Below, piece after piece: positions 1-8,906 of a stretch of DNA of 64,000 nt (its first letter is position 1; each line of letters opens with the position of its first letter). The notes beneath the pieces are model-generated. The model saw only the letters and a list, made by a program, of their open reading frames with translations. It ran no database searches and was not told the DNA's origin. The stretch is from a virus: positions 14,587-78,586 of IMG/VR virus record IMGVR_UViG_3300025137_000025; one strand, written 5' to 3'. The translations under genes were made by a program, and so were the position numbers.

Positions 1-379
1 CATTAAGCTTAGCACTAGTAATAGTAGCTTTATGCCCCGCCCATGCTTGATAGACATCAACGCTAAGACGCTTGATAGCACTTGTAGCAATCAAAGGTGT
101 TGCAATAGCGTTACCTGTGCCTCCTTGTACAATTTGCAATTCTTTTCGTAACCATGCTGGGCTAGCGAAGGCCAATGCTGCGGTCGGCGATGGTGTGCTG
201 CCGTCGGCAGTGTCGGTGTCACTGTCAAGTGGTGAAAATGTCTTTTGGAATAAGGCAGTAACAGCAAATGCTCCGTCTACAAATAGTCCAACTGCTCCTG
301 CTCCTCCTGAATTGAAGTCGCCAGATGCTGTTAGTACTGCTCCGTTTTGTACGAAGACTTGTGATAAATTGGTTCCCAT
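1..379 (-). CDS. virion structural protein, partial (runs off window edge); probably crAss auxiliary capsid/gene-73-like
   Basis: Not in the ORF track. Translated by hand from ATG 379 (MGTNLSQVFVQNGAVLTASGDF...), open to the edge; TAAATTTG promoter box at 406-413; position downstream of MCP, gene 75, gene 74. Confidence 0.6.
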   Translation of the reverse strand, partial: MGTNLSQVFVQNGAVLTASGDFNSGGAGAVGLFVDGAFAVTALFQKTFSPLDSDTDTADGSTPSPTAALAFASPAWLRKELQIVQGGTGNAIATPLIATSAIKRLSVDVYQAWAGHKATITSAKLN

Positions 380-405
380 CTTAATTTTATTTAGGGATTA
401 AACGT

Positions 406-413
406 CAAATTTA
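406..413 (-). promoter_or_regulatory. Bacteroidota-type -7 promoter box
   Basis: TAAATTTG matches TAnnTTTG, 27 nt upstream of ATG 379. Confidence 0.55.
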
Positions 414-1541
414 TTCACTACCTAGGACTTCCCTAGATTGTGAGTTATACCTCGGGTCAGAAATGGCCTCTAGTATGCTTTGAACTGTCATCTCCACGAT
501 CTCTTCGTGAGTGTGGGGAGACAGCTCACAACCTATGTTTAGGATAGCATCCATACGCTTAGGTTGTCTTATATATTTAATATTGACAAATGTAGTGAAA
601 AAAGTATCGTCACTATGTACGTCAATAAAGTTTTCTTGAATAGTGTATTTAATCTTGTCGTAGCTAGTCGTATTAAACGGATCACTAAGTAACGCATAAA
701 GATCATCATGCTGCACATAGCTCATTTTTTCCTTTTGTCTTGTGCCTGCGTTCTTGTACGTTCGATACGTTACGGTTACAGTAGCAGGTTGAACAGACGC
801 TGCTTCTTCTGTCTGTGCTGCATTTAATGGATTAGTCCATATAGCCTTAATGGTTTCATCAGCAATTGCACCTGACAACAGGAGCACTAGAGTATTAGAA
901 TCACTCGTAGGGGTTAACTCTGAAGCAGCCCATTCTTCCATGTCGTATTCAGGATCTATTGTTGATGATTCTGCCCCAAAAGCAGGATCAGACATAGCGG
1001 GTGCGATATTTGCTATCAAACTTTGATCATAGTTCTGCTTATTAAGTAAGTATGGTAAGTCCATACCTGCAGCATTAGAAATCAAAGGAGTTCCACCAGC
1101 AGTAATACTTGTGAGTATCCATCCTGGATTAGTAGTAGGTGTTAGCGGTACGCTGACCGGCTTATATGAAAGCACTGCACTTTCAAATACAATCGGGATA
1201 TGACAATCGTAAAAGGTATCTCCTACAGCGTTTACTAAGAACATGTAGTCATTAGGTAAAGGCGCTCGGTCTACGTTAAATCCCGTTATAGTTGTGCCTC
1301 CGTAAAAGCATTTTACTCGAGAGTCTACTACTAGAGCTCTTAAGTCATCTATACGCTTTTGAGATTGCTCAAAGCCATCACGGTATTTATTACCCATAGG
1401 AGAGTAACGTTGCTTAATAAACGAATCCATCGCACTATTAAGCTCGTGATCAATCTCTTGGGGTAAGAGATTGTCAACCTGGAAAGATGCAATTTTTTGC
1501 ACCCCCAGGTTGACAGCAATATGCATCTCTTCTATAGTCAT
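411..1541 (-). CDS. crAss-like conserved structural protein (gene 74 / tail ring protein family)
   Basis: 376 aa; N-terminal 'EIDHELN...GFEQSQKRIDDLRALV' and C-terminal 'YIRQP...CELSPHTHEEIV' pattern typical of crAss ring/tail-tube proteins; synteny after MCP and gene 75. Confidence 0.7.
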   Translation of the reverse strand: MTIEEMHIAVNLGVQKIASFQVDNLLPQEIDHELNSAMDSFIKQRYSPMGNKYRDGFEQSQKRIDDLRALVVDSRVKCFYGGTTITGFNVDRAPLPNDYMFLVNAVGDTFYDCHIPIVFESAVLSYKPVSVPLTPTTNPGWILTSITAGGTPLISNAAGMDLPYLLNKQNYDQSLIANIAPAMSDPAFGAESSTIDPEYDMEEWAASELTPTSDSNTLVLLLSGAIADETIKAIWTNPLNAAQTEEAASVQPATVTVTYRTYKNAGTRQKEKMSYVQHDDLYALLSDPFNTTSYDKIKYTIQENFIDVHSDDTFFTTFVNIKYIRQPKRMDAILNIGCELSPHTHEEIVEMTVQSILEAISDPRYNSQSREVLGSE

Positions 1542-2344
1542 TTAATCTCTTTGAGTTGTGCCCTCATTGCATTAACCTGCCCTGAGTTCTTTTTATTATT
1601 AAAGTACACTATAGCGTCAGTGATATTCTCACCAATGGTTTCATCTGCATAGATGATTTGATTACCAATAGTTCGAAGCACACTTAGCTCAATCATCTCT
1701 TCGAGTTCTGCACGTACATCAAGATTCTTATCTGTACTCATTTTAAGAAACATTGCAGGTTTCTCACTTTTGATACTGTACAGTTGATTCTCTATCTCCA
1801 TGTCTGTGAGAGTCTCTGGTCTTGCTCCTTTAGACAATACTCGCAATAGTCTGCGCATCTTATCCGTATCAGCAGAAATCTTGATAAACTCCTTATCTGC
1901 CTCTTTCTTAAGCTTAACCTCAACATTTTGTTTCAGCAAGTCTTTTTGTGGATCATATATATAGAACCGCTTTTGTCCGTCAGATTTCATTATTTCTTCT
2001 GACTCTGCAACTTGTCTGTGTTTTAAACACCACTTGTAAATTAGGTAATCCATTACATTCTCTGGGTTACCGCTTTCATCTACTGCGATGTTTAACTCCT
2101 TTCCTTCGAAAGGAATCTTCACACTCATGCTAGACCAGAAATCTTTTTCTTCCTTTGGCCATTTTTCATGTCCTGGAGGAACGTCTAAGATTTGCGCTAG
2201 CAACTTATGTGATTCTTCACCTTCTACACCTCGTAAAGGCTGTCGCCCTACATAGATGCTTCCGATGCTAATTTTTGCTCCTGCTCTTACCTCTTTGGGT
2301 AAGAAATTAAGAGTCTCTTTTCTGCGTATGTATATTGTTCGCAT
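1538..2344 (-). CDS. crAss-like conserved protein (gene 75 homolog)
   Basis: 268 aa immediately downstream of MCP; 4-nt overlap with next gene; conserved crAss synteny. Confidence 0.65.
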   Translation of the reverse strand: MRTIYIRRKETLNFLPKEVRAGAKISIGSIYVGRQPLRGVEGEESHKLLAQILDVPPGHEKWPKEEKDFWSSMSVKIPFEGKELNIAVDESGNPENVMDYLIYKWCLKHRQVAESEEIMKSDGQKRFYIYDPQKDLLKQNVEVKLKKEADKEFIKISADTDKMRRLLRVLSKGARPETLTDMEIENQLYSIKSEKPAMFLKMSTDKNLDVRAELEEMIELSVLRTIGNQIIYADETIGENITDAIVYFNNKKNSGQVNAMRAQLKEIK

Positions 2345-2429
2345 GGTTTGATTGTTCTTTTAAGTTTAGAAAGAATAACTAAGCTGTTCTTTTATAAGAA
2401 GAATAACTTAATAGGGGTTTTTTGGTAAG

Positions 2430-2463
2430 CAGGGGGACCACTCGACAGCAGTCCCCCCTGTGC
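2430..2463 (-). terminator. stem-loop downstream of MCP (terminator or mRNA stabiliser)
   Basis: CAGGGGGAC...GTCCCCCTG inverted repeat about 15 nt after the MCP stop; no clear U-tract on the minus strand. Confidence 0.45.
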
Positions 2464-2477
2464 AAACCAAACACAAA

Positions 2478-3905
2478 TTACGATGCCACACACTGGAGAT
2501 CAAGCGAAGTATCGAATCTGCGGAGCAGGATACCAGCCGTCTTCAACATGTGTACAGATGCACCGTCTATGTCACTAGCGCGAGTGTCAGACTCAGCAAA
2601 TCCCTTAGGGACAACTGAACCAGCAACAGCCCAACGCAACATTTCACGACCTTTCTTATTAATCATCTGGAGGTTGTTTTCTCCGTCATAAGAAGACTGG
2701 TCGACAAACGTCATTCTGTACGATTCCAATGGCAATCCAGATTCTGGGTGCTTAGCAGAAGCTTGAGCAACAGGACCGTGATCCATCAATGGTACCTTAA
2801 CTACATTCACTCTATGACCATCAACGTGCTCATAAGAATTGAAGTAACCAGTGATACCTAAGCTACGTCCGCTACCTGTGATAAACTTAGGCTCCGTAGT
2901 TTGGAGATAAGAGTTATTACCATAGTAGGCTCTCATTGCTTTATCAAACTCACGTGCTCCACCAATACCGGTGTACAAAGTCACCTGCTTATCAGTAGCG
3001 TCAGTCATTCCGTAGAACAAGTCCCCAATCACGTTCTCAATCTTTTGTTGAGTAAGAGTAGAGTAAGTGTCCTTGTTGATGATTTGCTCAAACAAACCTG
3101 GACCTGCAATTACAGGTTGTCCGTTTTCGTCAATCATCTCATTTACACCATTGTCACCATATGTCTTCTGGCCATACCAGTAGTACATCTCACACTCTTC
3201 TTTAAACTTGAGCATGTGACGGTACTCTTCGTAGTCCATCCACAATTTAGTCTTAGAACCCTCACGAGTTGGAAGCTCAAATTGTGCAACATAATCTTTA
3301 GCATTACCAGACATGTGGTAAGACTTACGTACTGTTCCGATCTTAGAACGAACCAATCCGGGCGCTGCCCAGTTAGATGCATTTCCACGAGAGAAGTCTA
3401 CACCTACTGATGCAAACAACATACCGAAGAGAGCGCCATTAACAACGTCTGAAGCAGGCATGCTAGCTTGATCAGGAGATACAAGCTTCAATGTATACTC
3501 ATATCCACCAGATACAGGCTTAGGCTGCTCCATAATACGAGCAAGTACACCAGACTGTGAAACCAGGGTATATGGGAAAATAAACCACTTGTCAGGGAAT
3601 GTCAATTTGAACAATTGACCGCCTGCACCTTGAGCTGCAGACAAAGCTGTTGCGTTAGATACGGGGCGAACATTCACTTCGTGAGTTTTTACACGGTACT
3701 CATACTCAAAACGGTCGATAGATTTAGTATTACCTACGCCTTCCGTAAGGAAAGACAAAGGAAACTTCTTCTCTTCGCGTCCTGCGAGGTGAGTAATAAT
3801 AGGAGACAACTCTTCTGGTTTCTCCATAAGTGCATTAACCAACGAGTTAGTGTCGGTCATCTGCTGATCATTGTAGTACGTTTTTAGTACTTGCGTTAAA
3901 GCCAT
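2478..3905 (-). CDS. major capsid protein (crAss-like, HK97 fold)
   Basis: 475 aa; 'G.GLFEQI', 'VTLYTG.GG..EFD.A', 'G.F..Y.H.DGH.V.V...P..D' motifs of crAss-family MCP; position between gene 77 and gene 75. Confidence 0.88.
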   Translation of the reverse strand: MALTQVLKTYYNDQQMTDTNSLVNALMEKPEELSPIITHLAGREEKKFPLSFLTEGVGNTKSIDRFEYEYRVKTHEVNVRPVSNATALSAAQGAGGQLFKLTFPDKWFIFPYTLVSQSGVLARIMEQPKPVSGGYEYTLKLVSPDQASMPASDVVNGALFGMLFASVGVDFSRGNASNWAAPGLVRSKIGTVRKSYHMSGNAKDYVAQFELPTREGSKTKLWMDYEEYRHMLKFKEECEMYYWYGQKTYGDNGVNEMIDENGQPVIAGPGLFEQIINKDTYSTLTQQKIENVIGDLFYGMTDATDKQVTLYTGIGGAREFDKAMRAYYGNNSYLQTTEPKFITGSGRSLGITGYFNSYEHVDGHRVNVVKVPLMDHGPVAQASAKHPESGLPLESYRMTFVDQSSYDGENNLQMINKKGREMLRWAVAGSVVPKGFAESDTRASDIDGASVHMLKTAGILLRRFDTSLDLQCVAS

Positions 3906-3930
3906 AGTTTTCTAGTTTTTAAGTTAGTTT

Positions 3931-5034
3931 TTATTGTAGAATGCTTCCGAGATCTAAATTGTCAAAGTCGACGTTTGTAGATCTGCTTTGTTGTTTGCGA
4001 GCGCTCTTTACTTTCTCTTCATTTGAAACAATCCTGTTTCTTAAATTCTTAGCAGCTTGAGTTTTCGCTTTCTTTTCGATTACACCGTTAAGATCAAATC
4101 CGCTATATAGCATGTAATCTATAGCTAATTTGACATCTGTTGCTGCTTCTTGATAGTCAAGGTCCCTTTGTGTTTCCCCGTTATCTCCGACAGACTCAGA
4201 TATGTACTCAAAGAAGTTTGATTTCTCTCGGTCTGGGATGCGAACTCCGGCAAACTCATTCCCTGATTCGATAGTATCAGCTACCTCACCCCAGAACTCT
4301 TGTTGTTGTTCTTGTTGTTGATCATACTCTTCACGCTGTTGAGCCATCATTTGTTCTTGCTCCTCTTTTTGGTACGATGCAAGATGTCCTTTAGCTTTCT
4401 CAGCGTTATTGTACAACTTCCCAGAATCCTCATACGTATCAATAGTGTCTTGTATGAATTCTGTATCGTGGCCTTTAGTTTGAAGGAACTGAGCTAGTAT
4501 TGCACGTTGCATATTAACGTCTCCTTCTTCTACTTGGATAGAGTTATAATCTATCTGCTGGCCCTGTCTTTGAAAGAACTCACGGGATTCACCTCCCGCT
4601 AGTACATAGTCAAGATGTTGCTGCACTTCAGGGAACTGTTGGAATAGGCCTTCCAATTGTTCTTCTGCCGCATTTTGCGTAACGTCTTTTACGAAGCTTG
4701 TAAGACCCTCTACAGAATCTTCATAGTCTCCGTCTAATTCAAACCCTAAAGTTTTTGCAACTTCAAAGGCTACGCTTCCGCTTTCTGCTTCAACATCTTC
4801 GTCTGCTTCATCTTCAATATAGTTTTGATCTTCTTGCTCATGTTGATATTCATCATCATCAGCGTCTTCATCACCCCTATCATTAGGTTCTGCAGATATT
4901 TCATCTGTTACTTCCTCAACTTCTTGAGGAGATTCTGCTTGGACTTCTGTGTCGTCCTGCAGTACTTCGACTCCATCTCCTATGACATTGTCTAGGGTTA
5001 GAGAGTCTATGTTTAACTTGTCGTCTGGTTGCAT
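3931..5034 (-). CDS. acidic scaffold-like protein (crAss gene 77 homolog)
   Basis: 367 aa; very D/E-rich N-terminus, Q/E coiled coil; directly upstream of MCP. Confidence 0.65.
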   Translation of the reverse strand: MQPDDKLNIDSLTLDNVIGDGVEVLQDDTEVQAESPQEVEEVTDEISAEPNDRGDEDADDDEYQHEQEDQNYIEDEADEDVEAESGSVAFEVAKTLGFELDGDYEDSVEGLTSFVKDVTQNAAEEQLEGLFQQFPEVQQHLDYVLAGGESREFFQRQGQQIDYNSIQVEEGDVNMQRAILAQFLQTKGHDTEFIQDTIDTYEDSGKLYNNAEKAKGHLASYQKEEQEQMMAQQREEYDQQQEQQQEFWGEVADTIESGNEFAGVRIPDREKSNFFEYISESVGDNGETQRDLDYQEAATDVKLAIDYMLYSGFDLNGVIEKKAKTQAAKNLRNRIVSNEEKVKSARKQQSRSTNVDFDNLDLGSILQ

Positions 5035-5039
5035 GTTTA

Positions 5040-5047
5040 CAAATTTA
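5040..5047 (-). promoter_or_regulatory. Bacteroidota-type -7 promoter box (gene 77/MCP)
   Basis: TAAATTTG just upstream of ATG 5034. Confidence 0.6.
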
Positions 5048-5105
5048 ATTAGTTAGTTTGCTTGTTTCTTATAAAATTATTTTTTACAAAAAACCTTATA
5101 ATATA

Positions 5106-6665
5106 TCACTTACGCAGTTTAAAGTACTTTTGGGTTTGAGTGGTTTCCTCACAGTCTCCTCCAGGACAGTTATCTTTTGCGTATTTATTTATCCACGATT
5201 GCATTGTTTTGGCGTACTCATCAGGAGTTTTGTTTTTCTTTTCCTTTGGAACATTAGGACCGTACTTACTAGGGAATACATCTGCTAAATCTTTTTTATC
5301 TCTGACTACATATCCTAAGTACTCTCTAGTTCCCTGTCTCCCAAGCATATTAATTATACCTGCAAGCTGTTCTGCACTATATCCTTTTTTTGCAATTTGA
5401 TCAGGATAGTTTTTATACATATGCTCAAGGTTGTTCATCATTGATTTCTCATTATTCAAACCTTCGTAGAGTCTTTTATCAAAGATGCTATCTTGTGCAG
5501 CTATGTTTGTGCTAAACTCTTTTCGCGTTCCTGGGTAACTATTTTTTACCTCGCTAAATAGCTGCCCATACAATCCAGTTGCTGTAGAACCTGGATTCAT
5601 CATATTAACTCCAGCACTACTCTCCGTACCTGCTACTCCAGCTTTTAATAGCTCAGAATCTATCCCAAACGAGGGCGGAGTTCCTGCTTGCAGTTTACGA
5701 ACACCCCCTGCTTGCCTTCTTTCGTAAGCACTAGCTTTGAAGGCTTTAGCCCCAATTACCCCTTTCTCAAGAGTGTGTGCCTTGTGTGATATGTTGTGCC
5801 CAGCTTTAGCAATGCGAGCCGCACCTACTGCATTCCCTGCAAACGGTATTGCACTAGCGGCACTAAGACCTGCTAATGTAAACTGCTCTTTAGCTTTTGC
5901 TGTGTCTCCTACTGCAGTATTGTATAGGCCTCGCACCCCACTAATTCCAGCATTTGCTAAATCTGCTACTTCCCCAATTACAGGTAGTTGTCCTGCAATT
6001 GCGAGGTCCATGCCCAGAGCGTCTAAAGGCTTGTCTTTATGAAACTGGTAAGCATTGCTACCTGCAGCGCTTAACCTGTTTGACACATTTGTCTGGGCTT
6101 TATTTACACGAGTCTGTTCTCCCCTATTATTAAACTGACGCATTTGTGCGTCTGTGGACGACGTTAAGCGATCATTGTTTTGAGGACGAGACGCAACGGC
6201 TGCTGCTAACTCTGGGTTAAGGTTGTTATACTGTGCGTATTGTTGCATTCCAGGAATAACTCCCCCACTTTGCATATTAGCAGGAGTCTCAATGACTGTA
6301 CCACGTTGTGGTCCTGTTGGGAGATTTTGTACACCTGGGGGAACGTTATCGTATGACTTGACTAAGTGTCCCTGCTCATTAAACTTTTTGATGTCGATTG
6401 GGGCTTTCATGCCCATCGTATTGAATGGAGTGTTAGGAGGGACATTAGGGAATGTCATACTTTGATTAACGTTCCCCACCTGGTGTGCGGGTCTCAATCC
6501 TTGCTGTTGCTGTTGAGGTGTTTGCGCAACTTGCATTTGTTGTTGCTCAAACTCCCCAAGTAAGTCTATTCCTTGGTCGTGTGCCTTGAATACATCAAGT
6601 ATAGACCCAGGAAACTGAGACTGTCGGTGTCTTGTCAATAAACTCCGGCGAGTAGCGTTATCCAT
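5106..6665 (-). CDS. putative virion cargo protein: N-terminal domain, pre-toxin-TG-like segment and lytic transglycosylase-like C-terminus
   Basis: 'LPVIGEVADLANAGIS...AGLSAASAIPFAG' (PT-TG-like); 'VAGTESS...NPGSTATGLYGQ' (SLT-like Glu-Ser and GLxQ motifs); MQSGG and RQAGG linkers. Confidence 0.55.
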   Translation of the reverse strand: MDNATRRSLLTRHRQSQFPGSILDVFKAHDQGIDLLGEFEQQQMQVAQTPQQQQQGLRPAHQVGNVNQSMTFPNVPPNTPFNTMGMKAPIDIKKFNEQGHLVKSYDNVPPGVQNLPTGPQRGTVIETPANMQSGGVIPGMQQYAQYNNLNPELAAAVASRPQNNDRLTSSTDAQMRQFNNRGEQTRVNKAQTNVSNRLSAAGSNAYQFHKDKPLDALGMDLAIAGQLPVIGEVADLANAGISGVRGLYNTAVGDTAKAKEQFTLAGLSAASAIPFAGNAVGAARIAKAGHNISHKAHTLEKGVIGAKAFKASAYERRQAGGVRKLQAGTPPSFGIDSELLKAGVAGTESSAGVNMMNPGSTATGLYGQLFSEVKNSYPGTRKEFSTNIAAQDSIFDKRLYEGLNNEKSMMNNLEHMYKNYPDQIAKKGYSAEQLAGIINMLGRQGTREYLGYVVRDKKDLADVFPSKYGPNVPKEKKNKTPDEYAKTMQSWINKYAKDNCPGGDCEETTQTQKYFKLRK

Positions 6666-8887
6666 TACTCCCCATTAGGTTCGAGGTCACCTTCTTTAGA
6701 TAACGCTTCACGTTTAAGATCTACTTCTTTCTGCTTAATGTCGTAGTCCTGCATAATTTTCTGCAAGTCTATATCTAAGCGATTAGCTTGGTCTTTTGCT
6801 TCTGCGTTAATCAAAGCTATTTCTATATCTTTCTGCCTGTCACGATCTTTTTCTTGTCCCTCTTGCTGCATCTTTTGCTGGTCCATTTGCATCTGCTGTT
6901 GCATTTGCTGTTGTTGAGCCTGCTGTTGAGCTTGTTCAAGTTCTGCTTGTGCCGCTTCTGCTTTACGTAGCTTGTCTTTAATACCAGAGAAGTTCTCAGT
7001 ATCAAGTAACTCGAGTACTGCAGATGCAGGCATCCCGTTTTGAATCATTGCTTGTGATAGCTCACGTGCTTGTCTAATGTTTTCTTGGTCTCTTCCAGCG
7101 TCAGATACAAAGATTCCATACTCAGACTCCATGTGCCCAAGTGACTCAAGGTCTATAAACTGAGTAGTTGTATCGGGCATTACATACATACCTTTCTTCC
7201 CAGATACCCAAGCCTCCTTAGAGTAGTCTAGCATTCCTTGCAACTCTCGTTGTTCAAAGCGTGAGAACTTGCGGAATAGGTCTTCTGTGATATGACTTGA
7301 TTGTACAATAGCTTGCTGAGAAGATCCTTTACCTTCATTTGCACCTATTGTTCCTTGTCGTTGTCTGTTCACCCCTGATATCTTTTCCCACTCCTGCATA
7401 GTATTCTCTAAGAGAAGTATGTATTGTTCTATTGTCTTAATAGACATGTCTAATACAGACTGGTGCTGAGGTGAAAGCTGTATGCCTTCCTTGTTGTAGT
7501 CAACCCAGGCAATGCCTGTGCCTTCTACGTAGTACATAAACTTGTCCAGGTCCCATTTCTTTGGGATCATGTTGATATCAAACTGTGCTATGATGTCCTT
7601 AGACCGTGCAATAGCAAGTTCCATGCGGTACTTGAATATGTTGTAATTAATCTGAAAAGGTATACCTAAACTAACTAGAGATACGTTATTAGAGTTAATG
7701 TCTGAGTACTTAAACCCATTGATTGGGAGCTTGCAGAGTGATGGATTGTCTAGTGACGTACGCTGGTTAGCGATTGGGGTCATCTTTACATAAAATCTAC
7801 CATCAATCTTAGTGCCTTCCCATACCTCGTTTACCCATTCCCAATTGGTTTTAGCGCCTTGGGCCTTAAGTTCTGGTGGCATCTTGTACTCTTCATCTAT
7901 CTCAAACTCTTCCGCTACTCCTGTTTGTGGATCTATGTATTCCACAAAGCCAATACGCTTTCTGCTTTTCCAATATACAGTAACTACTTCAACAAGTCTA
8001 TTGCGGTATACGTTATCCCCATTACCTGCAGCTTCTGATCTGTACAATAAGTACGTATCTACTGATTGGTTCTTGGGATCTTCTAGTTCTAATACCTGCT
8101 GCTCTGTAAGAAAGTCCCCAAATTGATCTATAACCGTAGACGTGTGTGCGTATCGTCTAACTATTGACCAGTCCCCATCCTCTACAAACTCTACATCAGG
8201 ATCTTTATCGAAGTCAATATCAATAGGATTAACTACATCATAGAAAGGTTCTGAGCGTCTTACTCCTTTGTGGGAGTATGCTTCTCCTGCTATTAGGAAG
8301 TGGAAGAACTGCTTCTGGAACTTATCATACATTTCTTGTTCATACATGATGTAGTTTACAGCTGCTTGTCCTTTAATGGCACGGTCATCTACATATGTAC
8401 GCTCAAACTGTTCTGCTACCTGCTTTGGAAGAAGTGGTTTTTGTTCTTGTGCCTGCTGGCTCTGCAAATCTTTAGGTTCTGCTATTTCTTTCAAGAACAT
8501 AGCTTCTACTGTCTTACGTAACTGCTCCGTCTTAGCCTGCTGCTTGAGACTAACACTGTCTGCGTTCTTTACAGTAACGCTGTAATTTAGTGGCCTTTTT
8601 GACTTTTCCCCTAGCAACAAATCTATGATCGGTTTGATAATGGGGTAGTTCCTTAGCTTAGACGGAAAGTTTTCTCTGCTTTTGCCGTACGGCTTTATGA
8701 CATAGCGGTAGTCGGTTTCATCTACCTCTCCGTTATAATAATCATATAGGGCCTTAAGATTGCTGCGCCTCTCGCTTAGTCCGAACTTAGATAGGTTAAT
8801 GAAAGCATCAATGCATTCCTCTCTCCACTTCTTAGTTTTCTTCTTTAGCGGGAGTCTTTGCTGCGGTATTTTTGCTGCTCCGTACAT
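6665..8887 (-). CDS. portal protein
   Basis: 'YDYYNG', 'NYPIIKPIIDLLLGE', 'W.WVNEVWEG.KI' crAss portal motifs, Q-rich C-terminus; follows terminase. Start moved to ATG 8887 (ORF track 8962) because of the TACTTTTA box at 8893-8900. Confidence 0.9.
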   Translation of the reverse strand: MYGAAKIPQQRLPLKKKTKKWREECIDAFINLSKFGLSERRSNLKALYDYYNGEVDETDYRYVIKPYGKSRENFPSKLRNYPIIKPIIDLLLGEKSKRPLNYSVTVKNADSVSLKQQAKTEQLRKTVEAMFLKEIAEPKDLQSQQAQEQKPLLPKQVAEQFERTYVDDRAIKGQAAVNYIMYEQEMYDKFQKQFFHFLIAGEAYSHKGVRRSEPFYDVVNPIDIDFDKDPDVEFVEDGDWSIVRRYAHTSTVIDQFGDFLTEQQVLELEDPKNQSVDTYLLYRSEAAGNGDNVYRNRLVEVVTVYWKSRKRIGFVEYIDPQTGVAEEFEIDEEYKMPPELKAQGAKTNWEWVNEVWEGTKIDGRFYVKMTPIANQRTSLDNPSLCKLPINGFKYSDINSNNVSLVSLGIPFQINYNIFKYRMELAIARSKDIIAQFDINMIPKKWDLDKFMYYVEGTGIAWVDYNKEGIQLSPQHQSVLDMSIKTIEQYILLLENTMQEWEKISGVNRQRQGTIGANEGKGSSQQAIVQSSHITEDLFRKFSRFEQRELQGMLDYSKEAWVSGKKGMYVMPDTTTQFIDLESLGHMESEYGIFVSDAGRDQENIRQARELSQAMIQNGMPASAVLELLDTENFSGIKDKLRKAEAAQAELEQAQQQAQQQQMQQQMQMDQQKMQQEGQEKDRDRQKDIEIALINAEAKDQANRLDIDLQKIMQDYDIKQKEVDLKREALSKEGDLEPNGE

Positions 8888-8906
8888 TCCTGTAAAAGTA
8901 TAAAAT

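Noticed and set aside
72-401. Plus-strand 109-aa ORF and the many other short antisense or overlapping ORFs in the track (e.g. 2901-3410, 49414-50115, 53632-54111)
   Set aside because: Shadow frames opposite well-supported genes, with no motifs or expression signals.
5035-5105. Immunity gene for the PT-TG-containing protein
   Set aside because: Only about 70 nt separate it from gene 77, so there is no toxin-immunity pair here.
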